DNA of 64,000 nt from Bigelowiella natans CCMP2755 (Eukaryota; Protista; Cercozoa), in assembly GCA_000320545.1 (NCBI GenBank), contig ADNK01003025.1:135750-199749 (forward strand), read 5' to 3'. A program made the position numbers and the translations under genes. Numbering within the stretch: the first letter of the stretch is position 1; every line of letters starts with the position of its first letter. This document shows, piece after piece, positions 40,281-55,385 of the stretch. The notes below the pieces were generated by a model. The model ran no database searches. It saw only the letters and a list, made by a program, of their open reading frames with translations, and had not been told where the DNA came from.

Positions 40281-41579
40281 GTTTTTTTCCTTATTGAATA
40301 CTGACAATCAATATTTTTTTTCTGATATCCCTTCCAATTTAATATTCTCCGTTCTTCCACCCGCTACTGAATACAACGGTGAGGATTGGAGGTAAACGGT
40401 GGTGGGCTGGGGAACTGTTGTGTGGGACTCGACTTTTTCCTTCAGCAGATTTTCAGACTAGAAATTTTATCTCTAATTTCCAAAAGTGCAAAATATAGTA
40501 CATTTAATATAGAACGACAAATTGAAAAACGATTCAAAAGACTTAAAAAGAGCTAGTTCCACCGACAAAAGTTACGGAGCTACACTTGTTATGTATGATT
40601 TGATTGGCTGATCCATTTTATGTGTGAAACCGGCTGAACCTATCGCCCATTTGCGGCAAAGAGCCCTGCATTCCTGCATAAACCACGTGTGACTGTGTGA
40701 GAGGGGAACGGTGATGCCGTGAAACATCAGACATATTTCTAATCTAATATTTTTTCGTCCAAATATATTTGGCTTAATCACAGGACAAATGAACAATTTA
40801 GGACAAAATATACATATAATACATGTAATCATGTAAAGTATTGAAATATTATAAATAATACTGAATCTTAATTTGGAATTGAGCGCTTTCCATAACAAGC
40901 AAGAAAGATTATTTAACTGAATCACAACTGGCAGTAGAGGTTCCGAGAAAATACTCAACCTTCTTAGTCGAGTTAAAAATTTGTCGTATTTTATGAAACC
41001 CATGTAATATGATATTTATTATTTAATATCCGGCAATACCGTAACCGACTTGAGCAAGGACTATTAGACATAGAAAGAGTCTGTACGCGCGCTGTCTGGA
41101 TAAAGCTTTGTCCGCGACAGAAAATCGGGCAGGAGACAAAGCTTTGTCTTTCTCCACACGTGTAGCCTCTGTCGTTAATCTTAAACAAAGGAATCTTTCA
41201 ACTACCGACTACAACATGTGCTTCATTTGATGTATCATCTGCAAATCTTGATTTCTTTTCTAATTAGCTTGTGATTAAATGTCGTTGTGCCACACAGCAC
41301 TGATTTTCTGAAAATAAGAGAACTTGTTCGATTTGGGTGATCATTTTCATAATCATTTGTCGTATGTATCAAGTATAAACAATTCGTCAAAAGCGACATG
41401 ATTATACTTTTCGAACGAGACATGAAAAAAGTTTTGTCGTAGATTAGAATTGAATTACATGCCTCACAGTTAAAACTCCCGCCCGAGTGCGGAGAGGGGG
41501 ATCGAAAATAATTGGTGTCGGCGAGAGGACAGAGGACCTAAGGGAGACGCTTGTGGTTCTAGAGACAACCCCGACCAAC

Positions 41580-42282
41580 ATGAGGGGCAAAAGGTGCGGG
41601 GGCAGTGGAAGTCCCCGCAGAATTGTGCCCGTGCTCGTGATTACAGCGATGGCGGTCGTACGAATTTTCGAGCAAATGAAAGTCGGGAATGAAGCTGAGC
41701 AGCGAACCATTCGATGGAGTGGTGTAGGAAGATTTCGTGGAGGCTATTCTCCTCAGAATACATATCAATTTTATCCGCCGAAGAGCTCTCAGCAATCCTT
41801 ATCTCCACAGGTCTGCAGCCTCTTCTACCCCCGCCCTTCTCTCTCTCTCACGGTATGTGCTAAACAGATGCAACAATTGGATTGGTCTGGATTAAGCGAC
41901 GAAGAATGCGACGACATAACGCTAAATCCTCAGACGTCTCCCCATAATAGTAAGATTCCAAGAATCAGTGACTCAAATAGAAATGAGGCCCGACGACTCA
42001 GGCTCTCTGGAAATAAGTACGTAAAATGAGCTCGATAACCTTGATTATATTGTCGGTATTGAACTTATCTCATCTATGCAATGCATTGTGTGCGTGCCAA
42101 TACCCATGTTCTATATCATAATATTTAGATTGTATCGTGAGGGTAAGGTGTCAGAGGCGATTCGGTTGTTCGGATTGGCTCTCACTCTCCGCGAGTCCTC
42201 ACAGGTAACGGAGCTAGAATAATTCATTATAGCGAAAAATCAGGAAGGGGGAGCATGTGTCATATCTCTCTATCTCTATCTC

Positions 42283-42339
<57 letters not shown>

Positions 42340-44161
42340 CCCCCCCCCCCCCCCCTTATGTTTGCATACGTCTGAAAATGGTTTTGTTCATGAAGATTTG
42401 TCCTCACGGGCGGCGTGCTTCCTCCGGCAGGGCCGATACACACAAGTAATACGTTCTTACGTGTATGTTATGGTTTGGTTATATCTTATTTTTTTCCTTT
42501 CGCACTGTGATAGCATATAAGCCGTCTGTTGTGTTTTCTGCGCGTCCCTGAGCAGATGTTTATCGCGTATTCATCCATCCACACAGGCTCTTGAAGACAC
42601 AACCCGATCCCTGATGCTAAACCAAAAGAATCTGAAAGCGTTATATCGGAGGGGAATCGCAAACATGCGTATGGAAAACTATGAGCAAGCTATGGAGGAC
42701 TTCACAACTGCCAAAAAGTCTGCGGAGTTTTCATATAGGGATGGATATGTTGGAGGGTGGTGTCTTTTCGTGTGTAGAAGAACATGAAATAAGTTTGGTG
42801 CCAAACTCCTCGTATTTCGCACTGACCTGATCTGCAATTCTTGTATAGGTTTATTGATAGTGGCAGTGGCGTAGATCGAGACCTCTCAACGCGTATCGGG
42901 GAATGCCAAGCGGTTGTTGATTTTTTCCTTCAAGATTTCAAAATACCAATATGTACATGCAGCGCCTATTCCAGATTTCTGTTATTTATCAGTCAATTTA
43001 GTCTTTTCTTTTAGCGAATTCTTTGGTCGGAAATCTTTACCTTTTCTTTCTCTAGTGTGACATCGAAAATGGGTGTGCATGCATCGTAGGTAATAGATAT
43101 GATGGCTAATCACAACAACGCCTTCGATGCGACGATGATGGGAACACAAGGAAACAATGAGGAGGAAGATGAAGTAAGTGCTCCCCAAACATGCCAAATG
43201 CTATTGCTTATAACAAAAAAAAAATGCTAAATAACTATTCCCAAACACATATGCATATGCATATATTTATTTATAGTAAATTTATTTATAGTAAATGTAA
43301 ATGTAAACTAGTAACATCTTATACGCATCATACATTGTTATATATTTTCATTGTACTCTAATCGTCATTCACATTCTCTTCTCTAGCCCGCTTTTGGTCG
43401 CGAACCCTTTTAGTTTTCATCCTCCCACTCACTTTCCCTTTTACTAACAACCGAGCAGAACTTAGAAGATGACGAGATGAATGCATACAACTATGAGGAC
43501 AACAACGTCGAGGGTGGCGACGACACACCACGTATCTCTCCCCCCCCTGAGATGGGTCCGACCACGGACTATTTAAATTTCAACTGGAGGGAACTAGAGG
43601 TAAGGCGACAATGCATAGCAGCGACAATTGTGTGTTTTCAACTTATAATGTACGTTTTATTCCAAGTTTGTGCTACTTACCACATAATCAATGGCCACCA
43701 CCACATCACACCACAACGCTACTATGTTCAGGTGGAGGCATCCTACGATGGTCCCACGTTGCCCTTGCCGCGCACCAGCGATCCACATGCCCCTTTACCT
43801 AAAATCACTCTCGAATTCGTCCTCCATATGGTTGCTCACTTCAAGGTGCTGCATTCTCTTGATAATCCGCATTGGTTCCTGTAGATGCTGGCGCTTGTGG
43901 TGTATGTCTCGACTGTTCCTCCAAGTCCATTTCGTAGTAAAAAATCGCTTTTGGAAAGATGCATCGCTAGTGCAACGTTGAGGGAGAGAATCACAAGAGG
44001 AAAAACAGTGTATGTCCTTGTTGCTTTGTAATCGAAAAGGGGCGGAGAAAACTGCATAGAAAGTACATGTGGTTCATACTGACTGAAGTGCTGAAAGTGT
44101 TGCAGCCCCTGCCATCCCTAGTTCACGTAAAGGTCTTATCATATAGATGTCTAAATGTGTA

Positions 44162-44194
<33 letters not shown>

Positions 44195-47158
44195 AGGTTT
44201 AGTTGCCTCTGCGTAGTCACAGTATGTATCAAATAGAATAGACGCCGGTGTTCAATGGTGCATAAGATATGCTCTATAGGTCGGCTACAATCGTCAAGAC
44301 GAGTATCCCCCCCATTCTTCAACTCCAGGAGGTATGGACTTGCTAGTTGGAAGGGGGGATCTTGAAAGCTCCTCTTTCCTCTTATCTTCTTCTCTTTCAT
44401 TTGTTGTTTTCTTCTTCAACCAACACAGGATTTTTCCAAGGACTCGCTCGTCAATTCACAGGCGGGAGCTCATCAGGTGGGGTATGGTGGAAAAATCGGA
44501 AGGGCGCGGCGGGGGGGGGGGGGGGGATTCAACGCCCACGAATCGATGCAGCAGCAGCTTCTTCTACCTGCATCAACATGCAGACAATAAGAAAACGAGG
44601 GTTGCAGGACAGCTTGATCTATTATAGAAAGGATCCTCGTTCTCCTCTTCAATCTGACCACTAGGCTTTTTCATCACTTTCGCGAATGCATGCTATTTTG
44701 CGATCTTTTCGGTATCAGTAGCAGCAGCACGTTCAGCTGTCGACGATTGGATGATACTGTATTCATTCTTCCTTCCTCCAAGCAGGCAGAGACAATGATC
44801 CCCGGACTAGGCGCGTGACTGTGCGAAATGGCACTTTCAGCATCTGCGGAGACACTCACGGTAACTGAAGTAGAGGTTGTCGCAGTATACGAAAAACAGT
44901 AGAAGCCTCTCATTTCTGTGCATGAGGGACTGGGCGGGCAATAGTAAGAAATGGAATAGAGACGTATTTGTTACGGGTGATAGTGAAGGAGAAAGAGAGA
45001 AGTATACTCTTCATCGGCGCACATTCTTCCCTTTTTTCAATCCTCCTTCGTCTCCCCCCTCTCCTCCCCCCCTCCATCTATCCTCTCAGGTCAATTCTAC
45101 GACCTTGTGAACATCTTCGAAATAAATGGCCTTCCCGGCCCGGAGAACCCTTACCTTTTCAACGGGGATTTTGTCGATAGAGGTGAGTGGAGGGTGGTGG
45201 TGGTCCGAGGGCTGTTCACAGGAAGAAAGTAGAGGGATAGATGTGTATCGGTGGTGGTAGTTCCCCTCCCCTTTCTTCATACATTCGTAGTCGCTGATGA
45301 CCATGATTGTGTTGCAGGCCCCTTCTCGTTAGAAACAGTGACAACACTGCTAGCATTCAAGCTGCTCTATCCCGAGTACGTGCATCTGCTCAGAGGAAAC
45401 CACGAAAGCCGGGTAGCGTGCATTGCGTGCAGAGACAACCATACAAGCATGAGTATAAAAAGAGGGATAGAAACCATCTTCGAAATCATCATCATCATCA
45501 CCATCGTCATCATCGTCATCATCGTCATCGTCGTCATCACCGCCATCGTTTGCGTTATTGTTGCCTCCTTGTTATCAACGATAGGTGATGAACAACCTCT
45601 ATGGATTTGAGGCGGAAGTCAAGGCGAAGTAAGCATTTACCCCAACTTTCTGCAACTGTTGCTCTCGAGCAACAAGAGCTACCATGGGAGGGGGGGGGGG
45701 GGGGGATTACTGTTTCACGAGATATTTGAAAGTTTTGTTCTGGTGTATTGATTCATTGGGCAATTGTCTGCCAGGTATACTGCGATGGAATTTGACTTGT
45801 TTGAGGAGGTTTTCCAGGCTCTTCCTCTTGCCGCTGTGTTGGAGCACCAGGTAGATAACAATAGCGTAAGAATGAGCAAGCGAGCGAGTTGGGCAAGGGC
45901 TCTCATATCGTCGCTGTCATCGTTTTCTTCCATTGTGTTTACTTATTCCCGTCTGCTCCTCCTTCTCCTCCTCCTCCTCCTCCTCCTCCTCCTCCTCCTT
46001 GTCTCTCCTAGGTCCTTGTTGTGCATGGCGGACTGTTCACACGGCAAAATGTAACTTTAGACGAAATCGCTCGCGTCGACCGGTTTCGAGAGATACCTGA
46101 TACCGGGATCATGTGTGAGCTGCTGTGGAGTGACCCGAAGCTCTCGATCGGTCATGAGTAGTTGGCTATATTTGATGATAGTGATGATAGTGAGGATGAT
46201 GATGACGGTGGTTGGTGGTAGTGGCAAGGAGCCTCAATTAGCACTCGACTACAGCGTATGGCGTGGTGGAGAGTGGATGTTGTTGGCTAGGAATATTGAC
46301 GGTGTTGGAAAGATCGAGCGGAATCATTCAATGTCAACTCACGCAGCTTTCGCAAAATGCATACCAAGCCTCCTCATCATCGTCATTATCGTTGTCTTGA
46401 CATTAAGAATATATCTAAAAGGCATCGGACGCTCGCTGAGAGGGGTCGCTTGCAACTTTGGACCGGACATTACCGAAAATTTCTTGACCAGGAATAAGCT
46501 GAAGCTACTAGTCCGATCCCATGAGGTTCGGGATGAAGGGTATGATGAGATGCATAAATTCAAGTTTCGATAACGCAATCATGATGGACTCAGCGATGAA
46601 TGATGATGACGACAACATCCTATTGATACCTTCCTGTGGATGCTGCTTGCTGTTATGTTTGTTTTGTCGCCGTCATCTCCCCCCGTCCTATCTCTGAAGA
46701 TACTCGTGGGAACATGGTCGGCGGTTGATCACGGTCTTTAGCGCTCCAAACTATTGCGGAATGATGCGAAATCAGGGAGCAATCCTGAGATTCCAGGGAC
46801 AGCAAATCAGCAGCCCGGACATCGTCCAGTAATAATCTATTTCAGTATTATTTTGTGGAGGGGGTTTTTGGGGAAGAGGGAATGTTGTCCAGGCATCGTT
46901 TGACTTGTTATTTCCTCTAGATTTTCGGCAGTTGAGGCTCCAAAGGTGGCACCGTACTTTGACATCAAGAACATAATGAGGGTATGTGTGATTATATTTC
47001 TCCGTTTCGATATGCACGTTGCACTGCTGTTCAATTTGCCATGGGTTAGATCTTCCAAATAACGTCTGCAGGTGATTTCAGCACAGCAACAGCGAAACCA
47101 GCAGCTAGAACAAGCGGAGGAGCAGCAGCAACAAAATTCCCAACCAATTAAATACTGA
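41580..47158 (+). CDS. PPP5: PP5-like phosphatase (TPR repeats + PPP catalytic domain) with N-terminal extension, multi-exon
   Basis: TPR ([10 protein letters not shown]...AMEDF), [58 protein letters not shown]. Start codon uncertain. Confidence 0.88.
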
Positions 47159-48444
47159 TAGTAAACACGTTGGAGCATGTGGGTTGCGGGCATGCACCAC
47201 AATTGTTACATCAGCAGTTTTATTTACTTTAACCATGCTAGCATGGGAAACTCATCAATACACACTACATTTCTATAGGGTATACTAGGATGCATGTCTG
47301 ATGTGCATGTGTACATCTCTAGATGCACGTAGTGTGTGAATATCTAGTTCTGTGTATTTTGCTCTACAATATCTAAATATATGTAGTAAGAGATCTCTTG
47401 CTAGATCGTATCTATCCTAAACTGTGCAGCAGCATGTACGTTGCTAGGTTGCGCAGAGAGCTGAATGATGTATAATGAGCCTGGGTCCATCTAGCTCTAT
47501 ACAGCTGTGCTACAGATCTAGAGAAGGGTGCATCTGCAGTGACGTACACATCGCTAGATCGGCTACATATGCGCACTTCTATAGACATATTACATGCCAG
47601 ATCTAGCTTATATGCTACATACGTAGCTAGCGGCATGCTAGCATGGTAGCATCGCATGGAGTTAGCTAATAAAGAGTGCATTCAAATAAAGACCTAGGAC
47701 AAGTAGGCACAATGCCAAGCTATATATAGACAATGGTAGGCTCCGTGCCATTAACCCTAGATGCTTGCTTTTACGCTCACCGTGTCGTGTAAAAACGCAA
47801 CGCAAGCAGAGCGTTATGCCGCGCGTGCGACTGCGACGACGAATCGTACACTGTGTACATCCTATGCATGGATGGCGGTAACAGACGACTCTGCCCCCGA
47901 CGTGCATGCAGCACGATGCGGCGGACGTCCAACATCTCTAGATCTGACATGCACCATGCTATCATGAGCTCCTGCATGTACGCATCATGTGTTACATATA
48001 CACCAGACATATACAACTTAAATGTAACGTTCATGCTGGTGTGCTTGCGTGTGTAGAAATATAATAATAAAAATTCACTTTTGCTTACATCATCAAATTT
48101 CTACCTCAGACATTTTCTAGGTAAAACGTAATATAGTTTGTATGTAGTTTTCGTTTATTCCTTATATTTACTAGTACTTATCGTTGTCTTGAAATACCCT
48201 TCTCCTCATACTCACACAGATATAATCAGAAGAGATCCCATTATTTTTCACAAATAACAAAGTCACGCACAGACCCGTTCCCATCGCTATAATATTGACA
48301 CTCTTAACAATTTATTGTTTTTGTGTTTAATTACTTCTCAATTTTTTTTTTTTTGTCTTTCTTCACCAATATCTACAGGATTGCTACAAATGTTGTAATG
48401 CTTTCCACTTCTTTACTCCCCTCCTCCTCCTCCTCCCCGTTCTC

Positions 48445-48564
48445 TCATTGTACAGGTAAGCTTGGGAGTGCGGACGATGGTGTAGTAGGATTTGCTGAGA
48501 GCTTCGGAAAGTGGAATCTCCGTCGAATGTAGAAGCCTTTTCCAAGACAAAGGTGGGGTTTAAG

Positions 48565-48596
<32 letters not shown>

Positions 48597-50823
48597 ACTA
48601 TTATTATTAGCTTCGTAAAGATTATCCACAGCATGCATGCACAGCGTGCATTGTTGTCACTGAATACGGTACCGTCTTGGGAGAGCTCTAGGATTTTAGA
48701 CCCCTGTGGTTGGTGATTGATGGTAGGAAGCACGTTAGAAAGAGGGGTAGGTTAGCTAGCAGAGTGTTGGTCATTGGTAGAACTACTTCCTCCAAACACA
48801 GCATCGTCATTAGACGACCAGGTTCGTTAACGGCAAAGGGGGTTTTTAATGCTATACAATCGTTACAATCTGCCTCCTCTCACTACTCTTTCTCCTTTTA
48901 CCTGCAATGCTTGAGCCACAGCTTGCCTTCGTAGGTCGGTGTTATTCTCGAGGGGACTGAGTATCATCTGCATACGCTTGAACTTTATTATGAGGTCTAA
49001 CGGTAACCAGGCACGACCAGTTTTAGCACTCTCTTTCACCTGAAGACAACGATGACGACGATGATGAATTTGATGATAAATAAAAGAATCATGAGGACCG
49101 TAGTGCTCTCAACATGATACTTGTGGTGATGACCATAACAAGAAGGTGGAAAAAGAAAAAGAAGGAACGGGACTATTGATTACTTCCTGCTGAGAGTTCG
49201 TTGTGGGAGGGGAGGAAGGCGTAGCCTTGATCGCTAATCTTTCCATCTGCAACATCAGATGAAGATGGAGAAGCAGCAGCAGGAAATTTTTAGATTAAAA
49301 ACAAAAAAAAGAGAACACACTCAACCCCACCCCCCGTATAAAGCAACACACGACTCCTCCACACCACATGAAACAACATCCCCATAGCAATGATCCGACC
49401 GACCGACCGACCTGGTTGAGAAGGTAAGAGTCGTACGGCAGGTTTGTGTCTCCGAGGTAGAACTCTATCTGCTTTATGATCTGAGTCGCCATCATTCGCT
49501 TACGCTCCTCCACCTATTTATCCATCGCAACCGCCCCCCCCCAACAACAAAGAATGGTTATTAGAGCACGAATATTGCTGTGATAGTGTAAAATCCGCTT
49601 TGTACAGACGACTAAGACAACCTAGTGTTAATAATGCTATTGTCGCCAAACCCCTTATTTACCTGTAATTGCAGGGCAGCTTTCCACATCGGCTGTGGAT
49701 ACGCCATCGCCTATATTTTAATGAAACAATGATGTTACAAATGTATACACACGTATTTATAAATATATATTTATTTATATTTATATCATATGTTAAGTCT
49801 CTTCCCCCCCCCCCCCCCCCCCCTCTCTCTCTCTCTTTGTGTGTGTGTGTGTGTGTTGAGTATATGTACATAGCTCATAGTGTATGCACATCATACACAA
49901 AATATATCAATAGGTTGAAATAGATACCGCTCCTTGTGTCATCAGATGCTGCTGGTGTTTGGGCTGCTGCTGCTGCTGCTGCCTCTGATTATGTGATTGA
50001 GATTGCTGTGAAGATCCCCCAGAGTTTCGGTGGCTTTTGTGATTTCGGGATGAGTGTGAACTAGAATTTGCTGGTAATTGCTGTGAGAGAGAGGGAGAAT
50101 AGAAAAGGAGGATATGGAGAATGTATCAATACATTTTTAATTTGTTGATAGAATACTAACACTTGGCAACATAGCATAGAAACCGAACTTATCGCCAAAA
50201 CTAGTATCGAAGCAGCAGTGAAAGCAGCACCACCAGCAATAGCAGCAGAAAAAGCATGCCCTTACCATCGAAGATGCTGAGAGAGTCTTTAGGGCAGTTG
50301 CGTGTGTATGAATGCTGCACTTAATGTCAGGTCTTGCTGCGAAGATGGCCGCATGAACAAATCTCTCAGCGCTGGCATCGTTTGCATCGTGGTTGCCATC
50401 AGCAGGCTCACCATTCTTCACGTGAAATATTCGAATGTCTTTCTCTTGCAATTTTCTGTGATGGGCAGTCACACAGGTAGTGAATTGGAACACTCATCGT
50501 TCTGGTGTAGAACTCTACGTCTTTGAGTGAGTTTTTGTACATAGGGCTAATCGGCAGCATAGAAAAGAGAAGACGGAAAAGAGAAGCATTGAACAGTATC
50601 TTTCCTGATTTTTTTAAAAAAATGAAAATGAGAATTACCCTGGATGTCGGGCTTTTGCCATCAAGAACTTCTCGGCGTCCGAACGACATCTCATTGCCAC
50701 ATGTCCATCCAGAAAGCCATCCGCTAAGAGCATTCTTGTTGTGTCGATAATTTGCTGTTTTACCGGTGTATCCATTGTGCCTCTCTTTTTATTGTTCCCG
50801 TCACTGCTGTTTTCCATTGCCAT
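48445..50823 (-). CDS. Class II aldolase/adducin-like N-terminal part fused to a La motif (5' end uncertain)
   Basis: GFLDGHVAMR...ERFVHAAIFAARPDIKCSIHTH, then a Q/S-rich linker, then IIKQIEFYLGDTNLPYDSYL...WLPLDLIIKFKRM...LELSQDGFYIRR. Exons join in phase through GT-AG introns. Confidence 0.7.
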
Positions 50824-51966
50824 ATTTCCCCTACGGGCTGCTATGTCCTCTTTGACTTGATATATTCTGAGGGGGTAAGGAAATAAAAGAGTATTCTTTC
50901 TTATCTTTAGGAGGAATAACGCCAGGCAGTCTTGGAAGTTATGATAAAATTAATTGTAAACGTAATATAGAAACGATTTTTGTGAGAATTTTAATCAAAC
51001 ATCGTTGATTGCGAGTCACAGGAAACATCGTAAAAGCAAACCCGAATGAGAAAAGATGGGGGTCCGGTTGAGGGTGTCACTATTTATTTCTTCTCACCTT
51101 TTAATTTATATAAGCCAGAGTATCTAGTCTTTCTCCTAGCAAAGGTGTTTCCTTCTTTCTACTCGTGAAGGTGTTTCCTCCCTTCGTCCTGGTCTCAGGC
51201 TCCTTCCTCAAGGTACGTCGGGAGGGGGGTATGCTTAATTTTCAGCGAAGTAGAGCTTCTGGTCTTCGCGACATGCGAAACCCGATCAGCACGAGTGCTT
51301 TAAAGTTAGTTTATTTTTCCACGGATGGTGCTAAAAGGAGGCAAAACCCATGCTCTTTGTACATACGACATGGAAATTCGCAGTCGTTATACAAAATGTG
51401 CGCGCTAGCAGTAAATGCTTTTTTGATCTTTATTTTCAGGTTCGTTGAATTCTGACGATTCCTATTTTGAGACAAGTGCTCATCTAAGTCGCATTTTGGA
51501 AATCGGAAGAAGTTTCCGCCGGCTCCTACTACTCCTACTACCCCCCAGTGGGAGTAGATCCATGTCGCTCTTTGCAATGGATGTACTCGTACGAGTCGTA
51601 GCTGCGGAAAATGCTTTCTTCTTCTTGTGGGATGTACAAATTTGGTGGGTTCCGCTCGTCGTTATGCCCAATCGCATCCTTGTTCTGCTTGTTCACCGGG
51701 GCGGAAACAGCCACTGCAGAGTGCTCGTAAAAGAAAGATAGAAAAAGTAGTCGCAACTATTTTCTCTTTTTTGTCCTCCAAATTCTCCAAAAATAATAAT
51801 TTTACACGCTACGACAACTATGATAGTTTGTCGCAGATACAAAAAGGAAAATCACATCGTGCAGATTGGCTGGACCGTCCCAAAGCATCCATTGTGTGGT
51901 AGGCTACTACGACATTTCGTATTGGCTATCAGACCCTGGGAGGGGTTTCTCAGAAGAAATTTGGAT

Positions 51967-53045
51967 ATGATAAAGCCACCCGCAGATGGAAAAGACGGTT
52001 GCAATTACGACACTACCCAAGTGAACGAAAAGTTCGAAGCAAAGGCCTTTAGAAATGAAGATAGTTCATCATCCTCGGAGAGGCGCACATCAGACGCTGC
52101 AGAGTGGAAGGCCAGTGAAACACAGAGACTTTTGAAATCGCGAACACTATGTCTGTTATCCATATGTAGCATGTGGATTTAGTGTCAGTTGTTTAGAGTT
52201 AAAGCGGTGACTTCGCACTACAACTTTGTCATTTAGGGGCTTGACATCTACTGGCCAGAATCCAAGTATACGAAGAAATTCCCTTTGGATCGCTTGTTCT
52301 GTGCAGGCATAGCTCTATCACAACAGGGATCTGGTAATACTTATTCTAGCATTCGTCGTCATTAGCATTACTGGTGGGATGACTCTGTCTCAAATTTTCA
52401 TTCGGCATGGATAGGGGTGAAATTCGATAAGGAGAAAGCTAAAGATTTCATCATGCGAGCAGCTATGGAAGGTCTTGAATATGCAATAACACAAGCTGAA
52501 AACACTGAACAGTCCTTTCCTCTCTGCTTTTCTCAGGGAATGAGTGTGCAGCTGCCGAGTGCTTTCTGAAAGGTTGGGAGTTGGAAGATAGTGCAGGTAT
52601 GTTTGCGATGAAAACCATGCTTTAAGGAAAATTTACCAAAGGTCGAAATTCATTCTAATACGGAGATCTCTCCCCCCTCCCCTCCATCCATATCTTCCAC
52701 CTTTAATCGCAGGCATAAAAGACATGGAGCAATGCGTCAAGACTTTAGATGATTGCTCTCAGCGATCACACCCGCATGGCATCTACCGATTCGCTGAAGT
52801 CTATAGTATCACAATGAAGGACAACAGGGACTCTTTCAAATAGTCAGTGGATAGCTACAAACCGCATCTGCTAGCCTCGATCACCATGCACAGACATGAG
52901 TAAATAGAGTGGCATTTCTCTTTCATCGACGGTCTTGTTGTATAAACCTGAGAGTGCAATAACGTGTTTCTGTTATGTGATTTAATCTCAGTTATCAGGC
53001 ATCAGGGTACATGCGACACTTAGCCGGTGATTACCTCCTCTTGGG

Positions 53046-53104
<59 letters not shown>

Positions 53105-55385
53105 TTATGTTTGCGTTTTTATGACTTAAATTAGGCATCGTGAAGACGGCAGTGGCTCTGCTCACTGGTACATCAGGATGTTTTTGTTCTGTTACTAATA
53201 TTACTATCTCAGCCATGTACTACTGGCGGCGTGAGAAAACAAAGATGCAGCGGTGATTATGCTATTGACTGATGCAGGAGACGGTACTGAGATGGACCGA
53301 GATTCTGCAGAGAATTGGCTAGTGCTTGCGGATAAATATGGGGTAAAAGTTGTAGCAGCAGCAGCAGTAATATTTATTAGTAAGCCGCAACAATAAGCAG
53401 CGATTTGCGGTGATGACTGCGTTCTCAAATCTCTTATTTTTAAGTATTATTAATTCGAGCTTGCATGCTTTTATGTGGTCTGGCGGTGATCGTCAGGTAC
53501 CCAACGCCGGGTATATGATAGGGACAATGTACTACAACCCGCGTCTTTGCAACACCAGCCAGGAGGAAGGGTCAGTTACGATGGCCGACGATCTTATACT
53601 GGCGGCCACATGGTAGGGGCTGAGACTGCTGTAGTCACTGCTGCTGAATAACCAATAACCAACTAAGGCAGCCGTAACCACTCCCTCACAGGTTTAGGAG
53701 ATCTGCCGAGAAGGGCCATTTGCGGTCCATGATGATGTAAGTGAGATATGATGACAAAGTTTAACTAACGAAAAGAGGATGGAACCATTTTCCATTATAT
53801 GTTAAAATGATAGTATCATTTCTTGCTCGTGATAATTTGCCCCGAGATATGGCAGCCACGAGGAGAAATCATGGGCGTTTTCAGTTCATGCTATCGCTAT
53901 TTACTCTCTCGCCGCCCATCTATGCGGTGGTTTTGAGTTTATTTGACGGTTGGAATAATATGTAAGGCTAGGAGCGATTCTGATGGCGGAAAATCAGAGT
54001 GAGGCGGTTGAAGAAGACGACAACGTAAATTTAGTCTATTTCTTTTTCTAACCCCTCCCCCCCCCTTGCTGCATTGTCCGCACTCCAAAGTAGCGTGATC
54101 GTCTATCCATCACTATGCTGTCAGGAGGATCCTGAAGCGGACAATTTAAGGGAACAAGAAGGAAGGTCGTTGTAGAGCCGCTGAGAGACTAGTATCATCA
54201 TTATCAGTAGTAGTAGTACCATACTGCTTCCTCTATTGGTTGTTTTATCTAATCGTTGTGCTGCTGTCTCCTGTGTTTTGGTTTCTTCGCTACAATGGCG
54301 TCGTTGTGGTTGTGTGGTCGTTTGCCCTAAAGGTATTGGACGGAGAGGGCTGCTCATCACGGGTTGTGTGGTGCTCAGTACAATCTTGGCGTCCATTTCC
54401 ACTTCTCCGGTTGTTTCTTGACAAACGCTTAATTTAGCTTCCAAATGTGAGAGTGGATGCAGTGAATAGTGATTCAACAGGCCATAGATCATCGCCGGTG
54501 TTTGTAGGGGGCGCGTAAAGGCCTTGAAAAACATTTTAATTTGTACTTTTTTTGTGAGGAAATCTTCCTCCACATAGCCAATCGTTACTACATATCACCA
54601 CCTAATCATGTTCGATAGCAGGCAGAGAAGAGATCTCAACTGTTTCAGCCTTTCCTTATCCTCTTGTTTTTGCAGGGGACACAGCCAAAGCGCTCTACTG
54701 GCTGCAGAAGGTGGTGAAACCGTCGTAAATTGACGCCGTCGATGCGATGATGATGAGGCAACTATATTTTTCTTAACATTTTTGGAATGGCTTGTGTAAT
54801 TAGGCGGCCGATCAGGGAGACACCGCTGCGACAGTAAATATCGCATCCATTAAGAGAGAATCCGCTGTCACGCTGCAAGAGAGAGAGGAGGTGCTGCTCA
54901 TTATGCCTTAGAGCCTGAACGTAAAGCTCGCGTGTGGTAAGCGTGGGCGCTCGTTCTTAAAAGACGTGTGCACAAACCACGCATTTTCATCAGCATCTAC
55001 TTCGTCGACATCATTTTCATCACACTTCTTATCCGAAGAAAAATGACCGATTCTGACATAGGTGGTGAAGCTGTTTTGGCTGGCGGCGGATAGAGGCCAC
55101 CCAGCCGCCATTCAGATTATGAATGAAATTCTAGCCCAGCCGGACGGCAAAGAGCCTTTGGCAGAAATTGTAAGAAATCTGCAGAAAGCAGCGAAAAGGG
55201 TGCTGAAGAGAGACCTTCCTCAGCTTTCGATGTTATTTTCGCAGGTAACAAGATAATCAGTCGCCGTTGAGTACAGCACAGATTTATTGTATTATTAATA
55301 ACCTGGGGGATTTGCGGTGGATGATGCTGTTGCCTACACCCTTGTGCAGGTATTGAAGAACTTCTGCACAGCTATGTATGAGTGA
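51967..55385 (+). CDS. Sel1-like repeat protein (multi-exon; start approximate)
   Basis: GVKFDKEKAKDFIMRAAMEG, AGYMIGTMY, W-FRRSAEKGH, KLFWLAADRGHPAA repeats. Confidence 0.7.

Noticed and set aside
51100-51760. Possible additional small gene or upstream exons between the La-fusion and Sel1 genes
   Set aside because: Splice-like signals occur on both strands, but no consistent reading frame or recognisable domain could be built.
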